A DNA stretch of 64,000 nucleotides from Paramecium tetraurelia (lineage: Eukaryota). The notes beneath the pieces are model-generated. The model saw only the letters and a program-made list of their open reading frames with translations. It did not search any database and was not told the origin of the DNA. A program made the translations under genes and the position numbers. Position 1 is the stretch's first letter, and each line of letters opens with the position of its first letter. The stretch covers positions 558,001-622,000 of the forward strand of contig CT868660.1 in assembly GCA_000165425.1 (NCBI GenBank). Direction: 5' to 3'. Of the stretch, positions 1 to 13,692 are shown piece by piece.

Positions 1-3000
1 GTTAGGGAGTATATTTTTTTCCAATCCTTACTTTAACTTCTAATAGCTATCATAAAGTTCTGATTATGGGTCCAGACATTGATCCCACAAATTCTCATTT
101 AAAATATAAAATGGAATATTCATTTTTATCAAACAAACTATAGATATCATTTATATAATTACTTCTGCAAATATACTTGTCTTATTATTATTCTTTTAAT
201 TTCTTAATTCCCATGCATTCATAATGATACCATTCTTCACAATTATCGCAAAATATCATGTACTTAACCTGTTACTATTATTTCAAGCATTATTAATGAA
301 ATAATTAAACATTATTTTCGTGTAAACTTTTGATAATCTAAAGATCTGAAATTGCTGATTCTCCTCCTTATCTGCATGTGCAATAGACTTCCTCTTAACT
401 GTATAAATTTAGGAGCTCTTAAGATTACATTTTTATCTAATCTAACAAATTTGGGCTTCCTATTTCAACTTCTACACTAGGCAGTATTTTTCTATTTAAT
501 CCCTTTTTATAACACCTCTTATTTGTGGTCTTCTTTATAGCTTATATGACAGGATCAGATGTTAAACTTTCATTAGTAGTCTATTTGAAGGCTTTTCCCA
601 AAGGGATATTTGCATCATAAAATGCTATACTATCATCCCTCATTAATTTCGAAACTTATTTTACCCTTTTAGAATGTTTAATTGATTGACTTTCTTGATC
701 AACAACAGATTAGGGTTCTTCTTAATTTTTTATTCTAAATTTATTTATCGATTTTAACATTTTTTTTTTAATGTTTGATACTTATTAAGCTGGCTATTAT
801 TATTATTGCCCTTACTATTGTTGTTATTATTATTATTACTGTTATTATTACTATTATTATTATTATTATTGTTACACTGATTAAGATTTGGAATTCCTTA
901 GCTCTTAATTCTAAACTTAGTCTAGATACTCTAAGAATGGCTTCAATTTCTATACCATAATCAAATTTTTTAGCCTAGGTGTGTCATTTATCATATCTTA
1001 AGCCATTGTTATCCAATTATTTATTACCCTAAATTTTTTAGCCATTACATAAAATTCAGGCATAAAAACTTCAGAGTAAAAATGAACTTCCTTAACACTT
1101 TAAACCTATAATGCTATATCAGCTTAACTATTTATTGTCACTAGCTTTTCAATAGAACTTATCAATTCTTAACTAATGTAATTATTCTCTATTCCTTACA
1201 AAACAAGGCAAAGAAGCTCTGGAACTTTAAAATAATACAATAGATCTCCAGTTAGATAATAAGATTCAGTTAATGATTCTGAATCCTTGTGCTTCTTTTT
1301 TTTCTTTTGTTATTATTAATCATTAACATTTATAACCTAACATTACCATTACTAAAATTGTTCAGTCCATTCATCCACTTATTAAGAAATTTCTTCATTT
1401 TAAACATCCCTTTAGTAATCTTTTAGCTTTTACACCTTTATAGGTTAGAGTTTTTTTAATTTGTTTTCATCCAATTAAGCTAATTGATTTAAGTAGTATT
1501 TTATCGTGTTTTGAAAATTTAAATAAAAATTCTATGCAAGCTTAGATAATTTTGTGCCTTCTTTCTTCTTTTTGTTTTGTGGATTTTGTGCATATATTTA
1601 GAACATCTCTTCTTTAAGTTATTTAATTGATTCATCATTTTATAATGCTTTCATGACTGATTCAAATAGAGGATCTTAACTGTTAATAATTGATTTTATC
1701 CAACTAATCTTTATGGATGAGGCATGCAAATTTTATAGTTCTTTTACTAATTGTTCTTCTACAGGTAATTTTGGAGCCTCATCTAATAAATTTTTGATAA
1801 GCTCTTAATTTTATGTTTGTAAAGCCTCTTAAGCATCCTTATTCCATTTTTCAATATGTTAGGTAAGTGCTTAAATGATTTATAAATCTTTTGTTCCACT
1901 CAAAAATGGAGATTAAAACTTTTATAATTTATCTATTTAATCTTATGTTTACTGCGACCCATACTTTTAAATGTACATCTTTCTAATTGTCTCAATACCA
2001 TCAATTTATAACGATGTATCATCATTAACTCTTAATGTTTATTTTATAAGAGTAACTTGTGCGTGCCAATCTAAAATTTGGAGTATAGTCTGTCTCACTT
2101 TAACCATCAAAGACAACTCTTATTTGTATTTTAAACCCTCCCTAAATAATTCCCATAATTTATTAAATGATTTATTTTAATTACTCTTTCTATTTGTTTA
2201 TTGAACCTACACTTATTTGCAATCAATCAATGAAATTAACGAGTCTTTCCAAATCAAAACTCTTTCTGCAATCTTATTGATTTCTTAAACCTTCACAGGA
2301 TCCAATTACTTTATAATATCCTATGATGGTTAAAACAAGGTATTAGGATATTATTGTAATTCAAAGTTATCATGATAAACATCGATTAATGTTACATTAT
2401 CATGATAATTTATGATCTCATCTGCTAATTAATTCCATTCTAAAACTTTATGATTAATCTCTTGTAACTATTTAAGATCGTCATTTATTATTCCTCTATT
2501 AAAAAGTGTCTATATCTAATCATTAGCCTCTTAATGTTAACCATTTTACATATTTTGTTTAATTTAATCCAAAATTTAGGAATAGTCAATTATACTTTAT
2601 AATTTTTCTTGAACATCCAAATAAAATGGACAATCCAAAACTTCTAATAGCAATCTTTGTTGCATTTCAGGATCATCAATTTATTATTAAGCTCTTTCAT
2701 TTAATTCTAATGCCTACTAATAAAGCTCATTAAACTAATCGAAATCATCACAAGTAACAATCAAATATAGAATTTACTAATTTAATGATCCAGCTTGAGC
2801 TAAAGAAATTTTTTCTATTTTTTCACTTTAATTGGAATTCTATTACCCTAATCTTGTTTTTGTTTACTATATCTTTGTAAATTTTATAATCTTCTCCACT
2901 AAGTCTAATACATATTCATATAATCTTTTGTGTAATAGTTCAAATGCTTTTATCTCTATTGGCAGTTATTTGTATTCTTAATTGCAATTTGCAAGCACTC

Positions 3001-3982
3001 TTAATTAAATTTTCTAATTCATCGAGTTAGATATTAATTTCTCAAAAACTGAATCAAAATTCTCATAGTCATTAACAGGTATTGGAAGTTTTGACAGTTT
3101 TACAAAAAATGATTCAGATCTTTAGACTTAATCTCTCAATTATTAAATCTCAGGTGTTATTATTGGAATTTATTCTTCATACTTTTCTAAGGTTTAACGT
3201 AACTTTTCTAAAGTTTATTTTTCTTTAAATAATTTGTTTAATTATTTTTATATTTATATTGAGGATTAATGTATTTATTTTATTGATTCAGGTACCTCGT
3301 ATTTTAATTATTATCCTTATTCTAACAATGTTTATAGTTAAGCCAGGTGAACTTTTTATTTGTTGTTTATGAGTTCCATTAAATCCTATTTCCATTTGTT
3401 CTATTGCATCATTTTATCTTCATTCAATTTACTAATATATTATTCAATTTTTTCATTCATGTATTCATCACTGAATTTTAAGGCGTGCCTATGTTTATAT
3501 TGGTTATAAATGATCAAACTTGGAAATAGTAAGTAAAATTTTGCTTTGATAATGTTATAATCCATTAATTTCAAAAACATCAATGCCTTTTCATTAACTT
3601 GTTCTTATGTAATAGATAATCCACTTAAAATTAAGCCATCGCCACTGAATCCTTTATTCTTCTTTTTACTATCATCTGTTATTGATTCATCAACTTAGTT
3701 CAAGATTAATGATGTTGCAAAAAGTAGATAATCTTCAATATCGGAAATATTTTAGATTTACTACGTTTGAAATACTAGACTTTATCTCTAACTATAAATA
3801 ACACCAATTACATGCTTTTTAAATTTTTCTAATGTTTTTTCAGGCTTATCTGGAACCATTGCTTAACATTTCTCATCAACGATGATCATTCGTTTAGAAT
3901 GCAGGAATCTGTTCTGTTAATGAACTTCCTGAACTTTAACATCGCTTTATTCAATTTCCATTGGATCATCCATGAAATTCAT
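1..3982 (-). CDS. Large chromatin protein with N-terminal ELM2-like domain, helical (PLU-1-like) middle, polyQ tract and PHD finger; 3' end lies beyond the window edge
   Basis: Code 6 translation from ATG 3982: MNFMDDPMEIEQ..IVDEKCQAMVPD..IEDYLLFA..EKALMFLKLMDYNIIKA (ELM2-like). Near 130-390: YCTCRQ..MIFCDNCEEWYHYECMG..YICRICL (PHD, C4HC3), interrupted by short introns. Confidence 0.8.
785..875 (-). repeat. (TAA/CAA/TAG)n tract encoding polyglutamine inside the ELM2-PHD gene
   Basis: tta/ttg/cta triplet repeats on +; in the gene's frame they read ..SQSVQQQQQ.. Confidence 0.75.
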
Positions 3983-4108
3983 GATCTCTTTTATATTAAT
4001 AAAATTTTTAATTGATTTTTGATAAGGGTTTAAAATAGGAAAATCGGGATAGTTATTTTGGGTTGATATATTTTGGTATAATAAATATAAATATAGGTAT
4101 TATCACTT

Positions 4109-5990
4109 TCATTAAATGGAGTTTTATATGAATTAAATTAATTCATTAATATCCCTATTCTTAATCCCAGCAATCCCTTTATCAATATCATTAATTGTAA
4201 TTAGTTCTTCATAATCCAATATATTGATCACCATTGCAATATATCGTAAACGTTCTGGATTAGGCTCTCCCTGTTGCTTTAGTTCCTCTTTTGCAATAAT
4301 GTTTAAATAGTTTTAGAGAACTTCTCTATAAATATCTTAGAATTTTTAAGTCTGAGATAGTTCTGAGGCTTCACAAGTCCAATTCGGCTTAAGATACTTT
4401 TCTAGTTTTTTTAAATTAGCTCTAATATAGATAAACTCAATACTGAACAGTTTGATATTCAAACGATAAGTGTATGGAAAGAAATTCATTTTCCTCATCA
4501 AATTCCTTCATGAAGGTTTTAAAAGTCTGTTGTTATATTAATTAAGGAAAAAATTTATTTTATTTGATTTCAGCCCTTAGCTTATAATGTGAGTAATAAA
4601 TTTGCTTTATTAGGATATAACTAACAAAAATGCAATCAAAGACTTATTTATGTCGAAATTATTTCATGTCATTATAAATTATACTTAGACAAGATATAGG
4701 TTATTTAGCTTTAATGTATTTGTTGATAATATCGATTTCTTTTAAATCTATTTTATTTTATTCTTAAACTAGAATCTCAGATTGCTAGAGTTTTTGATTT
4801 TCTATTTGTTGATTGTAAGAATTCATTTTTGGTTTGTTGGATTTTTTTTTTGACTAACTTAATAAATCCTAAAACTTATCATTAGTTTTGAGAATTTCAT
4901 TTAAAATTTGTTCATCATTTATTGGATTCTAAGTTTCGTATTGTTTTTCATTCTCTTCTGCATTCTTATAAAACAACTTATTTTTTTATGCATCAATATC
5001 AGCCAAATATTAAGTGTGATCTTTAATTATGCTCACTTAAATTATTATAAAATATACTTGAACTTTATCCCATAAAAATTTAATTACTAAACAAATCACT
5101 CCATTTTAATCTTTATTTTGGGTCGTATTTAAGCATGTTTGATAATAAGTCTTTAATGTTTTAGTCAACAACATCTTAGGATTTTAATTTAAATTTTGGA
5201 GGGTCTAAAGTGATATATGCCTTACAAATACTTTCATTTTTAACGTCGTTTAGAAATGTGTATTTATTAGCTGAGTTAAAAGGAAATTTAGAAAATATCA
5301 TTTGGTATAATATTACTCCAACTGCAAACATGTCGGCTTGTAAGCCATATGGTTTTCCTTCAATGGTTTCTGGAGCCATGGTTCCGGTTGAACCTAAATT
5401 ACCAACAGCCAAGTCATCCTAGTTGATATAAAATAATATGGACTTAATTTTTTAACAAATGGCAGAAACCGAGATCAGCTATTTTTAACACATCTCTATG
5501 TAGTAAAATATTAGCCATCTTTAAATCTCTATGAATGATTTTCTATTTGTGTAGTGTTTTCATTCCTTTCAACAATTATTTAAAGAAAATCAATGCTTGA
5601 AATTAGGGAATAACACATTAATTTTTTTACCAATATTCATCTAAAGTACCACCTTGAAATCAAATAATAACATTCACCTTCACAATATTCCAAAATAAAT
5701 ATGGCAAAATCTCTTGTTTCAAAATAGTCATATAATTTAATCACATGATCGGAATTGAGCAATGATAATGCTGTTCTTTCATTTTCAACTAATTTTCCTA
5801 AAAATCCATTGTGCTCTTTAAATCTTATTTTCAACATAGCTTTCAATGCCACTGTCCCATATTTATTAGATTTGGCTTTAAAAACCTATATAGTTTAAGA
5901 ATGTACCACTCCAAAACTACCTTTACCAAGAGGATCTTGTAAAGTATAATCTTCTATTACATCCCCTCTATTAAGCTCTGGAAGAGACAT
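4109..5990 (-). CDS. Ser/Thr protein kinase (ULK/Atg1-like ciliate family) with helical C-terminal tail
   Basis: MSLPELNRGD..LGKGSFGV/VFKA..VALK..IIHRDLKMANILLH..KIADLGF..LGSTGTMAPE..DMFAVG; tiny introns such as 5886-5906; stop TGA at 4109-4111. Confidence 0.9.
5886..5906 (-). other. Representative 21-nt spliceosomal intron (one of many 20-31 nt introns in the window)
   Basis: gtacattcttaaactatatag; removing it joins GKGSFGV to VFKA. Confidence 0.85.
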
Positions 5991-6113
5991 TTTAATAAAA
6001 AAAAATATAATAATTATTAAGATATGACACCTGGGTTTGATTTTTATTTATTATAAATACTAAATGAAGCCAACCTACCAAAAATATATATATTCATAAT
6101 TCATTAACATTTT

Positions 6114-7917
6114 TCATTATATTTATTAATCATACTCTTATATTTTTTTAAAGTCAAGTTTAATATCGTTTTAATTAGGGTGTATTTACTTAGACTTTTT
6201 TATATCAAAGTTGTTGATATCTAATTCGATTTCCTTGTACTGCTGGTTTAACATAAAGCAGTATTAGCAGCACTTAATCATATGGTATAAAACATATGTG
6301 ATTTAATTATTTTCTTTTGTAATGAGTGCATTAATTTCATTATAGAGATTATCATTTAACTATTTTTTACTTATTTGATTTTTTAGCATCTCTTGAATTC
6401 TTATATCTCCAGATTAAATCTATTATTAAGCAATGTCCTATAGTTAAAAATCTATAACCATGTATAATTATTCTGCTAATTCTAATATTTACTTTAATTG
6501 AGTTAAATCAAATTCCAAATCAATATCACCTTTGTGAATTTAAATTTAATCTTACATTTATTCTTGGATTTTAGAAGTCATTATTTTAACCTAATAACAT
6601 AAAATTATAGCTGCATAATGAGCCCTCATTTGAATTTAAAAGACCTCTTAAATAGTATTAGAAAAGTAGTATATATCATTCATAGTTTTGTTAAAATGAT
6701 TTATTTTCTAATTCATTTCATTTTTTTTCTATGAATTTACTGGTAAACTAATTTCCCCACTAATAAGATTAATATCAATTATTTAGTTCGAAATAGACTA
6801 GAGTTATTATTATTACAAATTTTGACCTGCTTCTTACGGTTTTTTGAAAGACATCAAACGTTCTTTTGTTGCTTGGATCTCTTACTGATTTTCTTTTTCA
6901 ATTTTTTTCCCTTCCTTTTGATAGAATTGAGAATGTTCCTCTATCCTAACTTTGGAACTCTGAAGTTAAATCCTACTGATTTAATCTAAATTAGAAAATC
7001 AGAAATTACTAAACATCTGTTTCTCAAACACCTTATGTTTAGCTATTTCCTCAAACTTAATTCGCTTCTGTGGATCAAATTACAGCATTTTTGTAATTAG
7101 ATCTTTTGAGGCCTCTGAAACAGGAATTTTGTTCCTTGTAAAGTTAATTAATGCTAAGTTTACATTATTAAATTTACGCTAAGTTTCTAATTCGTAGTCG
7201 TTTTGACTAAATGGAAACCTTCCAAATAGGATTTAATAAAAAATAACACCAACTGAAAACATATCAGATGATAAGCCGTAGGAATTTTAATTGTAAATTT
7301 CTGGAGCCATAGTATATAGAGATCCAAGTTATAAACAAGATAAATCAGTCTAAATGTTTTTCAGGGTATTACTTCATTTTGCAATATCTTACTAAATCCA
7401 AGATCTGCAATTTTATAGATCGAATGATTATGGATCAAAATATTGGCTAATTTCAGGTCTCTGTGAATAATAAGAGCTGCATGCATGTCTCTTAATCCTT
7501 AAAGAATCTATCGGAGGATCCCTATAGCATCTTGTTCTGTTAAAAAAGTCTTCGGATCTTTAATTTATTATTCTAGATCTCCAGCTACGAAAATGTATAT
7601 ACCAGATTACAATCGCAATATTCCATAACTAAATAGTTATATGAATTGTCTTAAAAACAATCAATAAACCCTACTACATACTAGCTTTTCACCTTTTTTA
7701 ATGCGTCTTACTCTGATAAGACTAGTTTACCTAAAAGTCCATCACATTCTTTAAATCTTTCTATTTCTACCACCTTAATTGCTACGACTTCTTTTGTTTT
7801 TAGAATATTTCCTTAATAAATCTACTTTAATATTCAATTTACATAGCCAAAAGCTCCCTTTCCAATCAATTTAATTAATTTATAACCATTTATTTCTTTA
7901 TTAGACAATTTGCTCAT
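6114..7917 (-). CDS. Ser/Thr protein kinase, paralogue of the adjacent kinase
   Basis: MSKLSNKEINGYKLIKLIGKGAFGY..VVAIK..FKECDGLLGKLV..IIHRDLKLANIL..IADLGF..LGSLYTMAPE..DMFSVG; exact 3' end approximate. Confidence 0.88.
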
Positions 7918-7944
7918 TTTTTATTTTTATAATTAAATTATAAT

Positions 7945-9546
7945 TCATTTTTCATATCCAGCCTTCTTTAGAAGGAATTCATTTGTTTATTTTTCAAGTT
8001 CTTCTAATTCTTCCAACTTCTCCTTTTGATTATCAAAATACGGGTTAAAAGTTTCACATGTTTGAACTTATAGTTAGAGAATTAACATTTCCTTCACTTT
8101 CTATGAAGTTTCCTTTGATTTTGAAAAAGGTATTTAAGATTCTTTAAAATAATCCATTAAATATTTAAGAGCTTTTTAATAATTATTATAGAATAGTGCA
8201 TTTGTATCGGTATTAAGTTCTTATTCCCATTTAGTAATTTTATACTAGTAATCATCTTTATTTCTAAAATTAAATAATATTAAGTACTTTAAAGGCTTCA
8301 AAATTTATTCCAAAGTTATTTTTAATTTATATAAGGTTGTTTCATTTTTTTCAAGGCATACTTTGAACTATTTTAGATCAGCTCTTGCTCTGACATCCTT
8401 AGTAAATTATAATAGTTCGGCATAGCTTCTTTTGTACAACATAAATCTAGGATACATAGTCTTTTTCCAATTATAAAATTATTTTCCTCCAAATTTTTCT
8501 GCAACCTCAAAAAAGAATAATGCATTTTTTGAGACAGTTTCAACAAATTCAAGCGTAAAATGTTGAGTTTCAAATATATAATTTTGATTATTTCCTCCCC
8601 AAAGATTTGGATTGGATTAGGGTGTTTAAGTTTGGAGCGCTGGATTTTAACTCGATTTAATTGCATTATTTTCGTCTATCATTTGTCTAATCTCAATGAT
8701 TCCAGGTCTTTATTTAGGATTATATTAGACCATTTTTTTTATTAATTCAATAGCAAAATTACTATCGAGCATATCCTTCTCTTGATTAAACTAAAGCTAT
8801 CCTGAAAGTCTAATAGAATTTAATTACCTTGCTATATTTAATCTAAATATTCAGGGATACTATATTAATTAAATGGAAATTATCGAAAAATCATCTCAAA
8901 TAGCATACAACCAAGAGAGAAAATATCTGCCTTTGATGTTAAATATCCAGGCATGAACTGTTCAGGAGCAATTTATACTTAAGCCCAACCCTAAATTTAT
9001 ATATATTAATACAACTTTTTTATTCAAGTATGAATGTTCAAAGTTTGCTATTTTGTACATAGGTTATTTTATGTAAATATTTTTCATACATAAATTCGCG
9101 TGAACAATGTCATTTTATTCTAAAATTTCTAATCCTTCTAAAATTTTTTTAGTTATGTCCAAAGCCATGAATTCTGAAAATTTTTTATTGTTTTAGATCC
9201 AAAACTCTTCGAGAGTATCTAGTTTCAAATCCACAAATAATACATTCAAAATCTTCCAAAATTGTTAATTAATATTATTGATCCAACCTCAGATCAATAA
9301 ATTTGATAATTTTTGGCGAATCAATTATTTTTAGTATCTCTTTCTCATGCTCACCAAAAGCAGAATTCTTAGGATCTGCAATTTTTAGAGTGTAGTTTTA
9401 TCCATCTTTATTATTTCTTACTTAAAAAATCTAAAACCTATTAAATTTTATACTTGAATAAAATTGGAATTGGAGATCGGTTTTAAAATTTAGAATTCAC
9501 CAATATCTTAGATTTGCATGGATGAATTTTGTGTATATTAATTCAT
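7945..9546 (-). CDS. Probable pseudokinase
   Basis: Kinase fold (YTLKI, IAPEQ, KADIFSLG, YNPKQRP), but the Gly-loop is replaced (ISNSNF), HRD reads HAN and DFG reads NFE; stop at 7945-7947. Confidence 0.8.
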
Positions 9547-11104
9547 TATTTTTATTAATAATATGTATATTTAATTAGTAAAAGTTTGAAAGGATTTATT
9601 CATAAATCTAATAAAATTAAATTGATTGTGTTAAATTTAAATGTAGAATCTATTATTTTCAATCAATTGAATCCTTTTGCTAGTTCTATATTATTCTTTT
9701 TCTTAATTTTTTTAATTTCATCAAGATAATTGTTCGAAAACTATCATGATTTAATACTGTCAAAACGTTTCTGAAAATCATATTCTTTTTAGAAACATCT
9801 TCTTTATTATTTACATCTCCAATATATCAAAAAATAGAAAATAATCCTAAAGAAATTTAAGATTAAAAAATATTGAGTTAAATTAATTCCTTTAAGATTA
9901 ATGGTTTCCAATCGGAATGAAAAATTTTTGGATAGTTTGAATTCTTTTTAAAAATGCTTGATAAAATTCTATTAAAAGAGTGGAATGACTGACAGTATTT
10001 AATATTAATCTTTTTATCGATTACTATTGTTTCTTTTTATGGTAAAATTTAATTCCAAATATTAATTAAGCTAATTTATTAATTAAAAAATTCTTTAGAA
10101 TTCTAAGTACATCACATATTATCTATGATAAATATTAAATCTAAACTAATTAATTATAATTTTTTCATTTGTATTATGAAATTCTATTTAGATCTTGATT
10201 ATTTCAACTCAATTTTTTCGTATAATTCAAATGCCATATTATATTTACTCAAAGCATTGCTTCTAATCCCTTGTTCAAAGTTATCAATTTTTCTTCCATT
10301 CTAAGCCTAAAAACTAAATTTGCTCATCTGTGGATTTGAAATCATCTTTAATGATTAATTCATTAATTTTATGTTAGATATGTCATTTTTCATTTAGTAA
10401 ATAATTATGAAAACGATTATCTAATCAATCTATGTATGTTTCTTGAATGCTTCCTTTATAATATCTACAATGTAAAAATTTATCAATAATAGAGATAAAA
10501 GCTTTTAATTTTTTTATAATTGGTATTATATTAATTTATATTAATTATTTCGTAGTTCATTATAATATTATTCCTTAAAGTCAGATAGATAGAAAAAGAA
10601 AAATCTCTTAATTTTCAGGCTTAATGTAATCAACACAAATGTCAGCATTATTGATTTTTTATCTTCTGTTTAGGCTTGATATTAATAATTAATACATTTT
10701 TATATATGGCTTTATTATCACTGTAATTAACCAAAACAAATGATAGTTTATTTTTGGATCAACTATCTGGAAAAATAGTAATAAACCTTCATAATACTAA
10801 TTGACTTTTATCATTTGCTTTATGAAATACAGAAAGTTTTATTTGCGATTTTATTCAAACGGCTTCCTCAAAATTTAATATAAATTATCAAATATCATAA
10901 CAATTAAGAAATATTCCTTCAATTATAATTAATTTTTTATAAACTCATAAATATTACATCAATTTCTTAATACTACTAATCTTAATTCCAAGTGAATAAT
11001 ATCTGTAAAGCAAAAAAACACATCATTAACTTAGTAATCAGTTTATCCCAACTTCTTGCCCAGCAATTTAATTCAATATTATAGTAATTATTATCAATTA
11101 ATAT

Positions 11105-11632
11105 ATGTAAAATTTTAATCCTGCACCAGTATTTTCAGCATGTTTCGAAGGACGATATTATTGGGCTTTTCCTGTTTATCGCTTGAAATTGCAAAGGGAA
11201 ACATAACATCAAGTGATTAATGAAATGAAGCTCGAACAGACTGAGCAAATGCAAGAGAAAAAAAATTTCATAGAATAGAATCAAGATCCAAATCCTACGA
11301 CTATTCATAAATCCTATATGTACCCAGGGCAATCTAAAAATTTCTACAAGACTCTAGGATAAAAAGTGTGTTCGTTTATACAAAACAACTTTGATGTAAA
11401 AAAAATTAAAAAAGACCTTCATATTTCGAAATTCATAAATGTGAAACGCCAAAATTACAATAAGTCTCATTTTAGAGAACTAATCAAATCCAAAATCGGA
11501 AAACAAGTCATCAAAATCTATTTTGGAAATTTTATATGGTGTTCAAGCATTTTGGAAAAATCAAGATCTGATATAGCATTTTATCTAAGTCTGAATAAAA
11601 AAATCTTTGAAAGAAAACATAAGGCAAAGTGA
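11105..11632 (+). CDS. Hypothetical protein, intronless, about 175 aa
   Basis: Open code-6 frame MQNFNPAPVFSACFEGRYYWAFPVY..YPGQSKNFYKTLGQKV..HKAK-TGA. Confidence 0.7.
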
Positions 11633-12116
11633 TGAAACGAATATTAATAAAAATGAAAATTAGAATTACAACAAATTTACTATTATCAAATTATCTTTTT
11701 TGACCAAAATATACAAATTATAACTAAATCATAAAAGAATAATACAAATCTTCCTCAAATTATTAGAAATCGTTTCAGTATTTTATTCTATTTGCAATAA
11801 TTACCAATTTTTTTATATAATATTTTTAAGCCTTAAAAAAATATTCTCCTATTTAAAGTAAATGTTTTTTGAACAAATCCCTTCAAAGATAAGTATTGGT
11901 CAGCACCCTATTTATTAAAAAGAGAAATTAAATGTTTTTCTCTAATGAAATAGCAAAAACAATAAAACTGTATATTTTTAAGAAATAAATGTGTATTAAT
12001 GTAAACTCTAATTTGGGTTAAGATTGGTCTTATGATAAAGATTGAAGATTCTAGAATGAGAGAACATAAATTATATGTGTTTATATATAAAATTGATTAA
12101 ACTTAAGATTCATATA

Positions 12117-13674
12117 TCAATCTATTTTCAAATCTTTAACTGGAATTAAACTGTCATCAAATTTTTATACACTTCTTTTCATACTACTTTCCTTGCTTAT
12201 ATCTCTGCTATTGCTTTTTCTAGGTTTTTTATATTTTGTGTTTTAATCTTGTATTTTTATGATTGACTCATCAATTTTTTAAGTATTGTAGTTTAAATCT
12301 GTTGATGTATATGCAATCACATGACTAGCACCAAGTGATATATATAAAAGCTTTTCATTTTTTAAGATGGTAGTAATCTTTAATGATGATAAATATAATA
12401 AGATACATCTTTAGGTTTGAATTGGGAATTTTCATTTCTGGTACCAAGTACAAAACTTTAGCCATTTCCCCAGGAGAATATTTAACTTTATTGAGAGATT
12501 GCAAAATTAAAATGCATGGAAGAATAAATAGATTACATTTTTGGGATATCTTAGATCATTTATGGAGCAGTGATAAATTCATATCCAATAACTTTATCTG
12601 ACTTTTAGATTTCGAAGAGTTCCCCTTATTATTTATTTTTCTTGCTTATTTTTTTTTTATTTCCTTCATTGAGTTTTTATGATTACATTTCTTCTTCTAA
12701 TTATTTTTATGCTTGTTCTTTTAATTTTTAATTGATTTCTTCTCCTAATCCTAGTTGTCCATCATCATGTCTACCAAATGAGTAAAGATTTCCTTCAGAA
12801 TCTAATGCAATAGTATGATGTTCTCCTCCCACCATATCAATAACATCAATATTATTAAAAAATTCGACGAATACAGGCAATTATTAATTTTCTTGATTAC
12901 TAATTCCCAATTATCCATAGTTATTTAATCCCCACCCATAAATTCCAACTTTGTTATCTTTCATTTAAACTTTAACAAATGCATGAGAAGCCCCTGTAAA
13001 AATGTTTAAGATTGGTTTTTTCATCTTGATAGGTTGTGGATTTAAATTTTGAATAATAGATCTTCTAGTTTCACTTTTTCTACCTATTACTAAAGTTTCT
13101 GCATCACCCCAAGTGAGTAACTATATGTAAACAACTACTTTACTTTTTGGCTTTCCAATAATACCATAGTATGATTTTAACCGCAGAGTATTTTTTTTAT
13201 CCCCTCTGTAATATTATCCATCTTTTTTGGCTTTTACACGGGTTCTCCAATAGGACCGTGAGTATTTGCATAAAACCCCCAGAAATATACTAAACCATTA
13301 GAATTTGCAGCAATTGAATGAGAACTACCACAAGCAATCATATCAACAGGAGGAAGGTCTATAATCAGAGCTGGAACTCGAGCGTCCTATTCTTCTATTT
13401 TAGGTCTGCCAAGCATACCCTTGTCATCGCATCCAAAGGAATACACCTATTTTATAGTTATTTTATGCAATACTTTTCCTTATGATGTCAATAAGAGTGC
13501 ATGCATTCCTCCACATGCCACTTAAGTTATAGACAGATTATTCAATGTTTGTATTTGATATGGTCTCTTGACTTCATATACTTCCTCATCGTCCTCATCC
13601 TTAGCTAAAAATTGATCACATTCAGCACTTCCCCAAGCATACAATTTTTATTCACTCAATTATTCACTTTACAT
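12117..13674 (-). CDS. RCC1-repeat protein
   Basis: [93 protein letters not shown]. Confidence 0.9.
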
Positions 13675-13692
13675 CAATAATTAAATTAATAT

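Noticed and set aside
1..10. gttaggg at the window start resembling a telomere repeat
   Set aside because: A single copy inside coding sequence, not a tandem G4T2/G3T3 array.
775..960. Ile-rich hydrophobic ORF on + in the ORF track
   Set aside because: It is the antisense reading of the TAA-encoded polyQ tract in the minus-strand gene.
8373..8666. 97-aa minus-strand ORF in the track
   Set aside because: It is off-frame relative to the pseudokinase, whose frame reads ..NPNLWGGNNQNY.. here.
10100..10120. In-frame TGA in a minus-strand frame (possible selenocysteine or readthrough)
   Set aside because: No selenoprotein motif or SECIS recognised, and long TGA-free frames arise by chance with a single stop codon.
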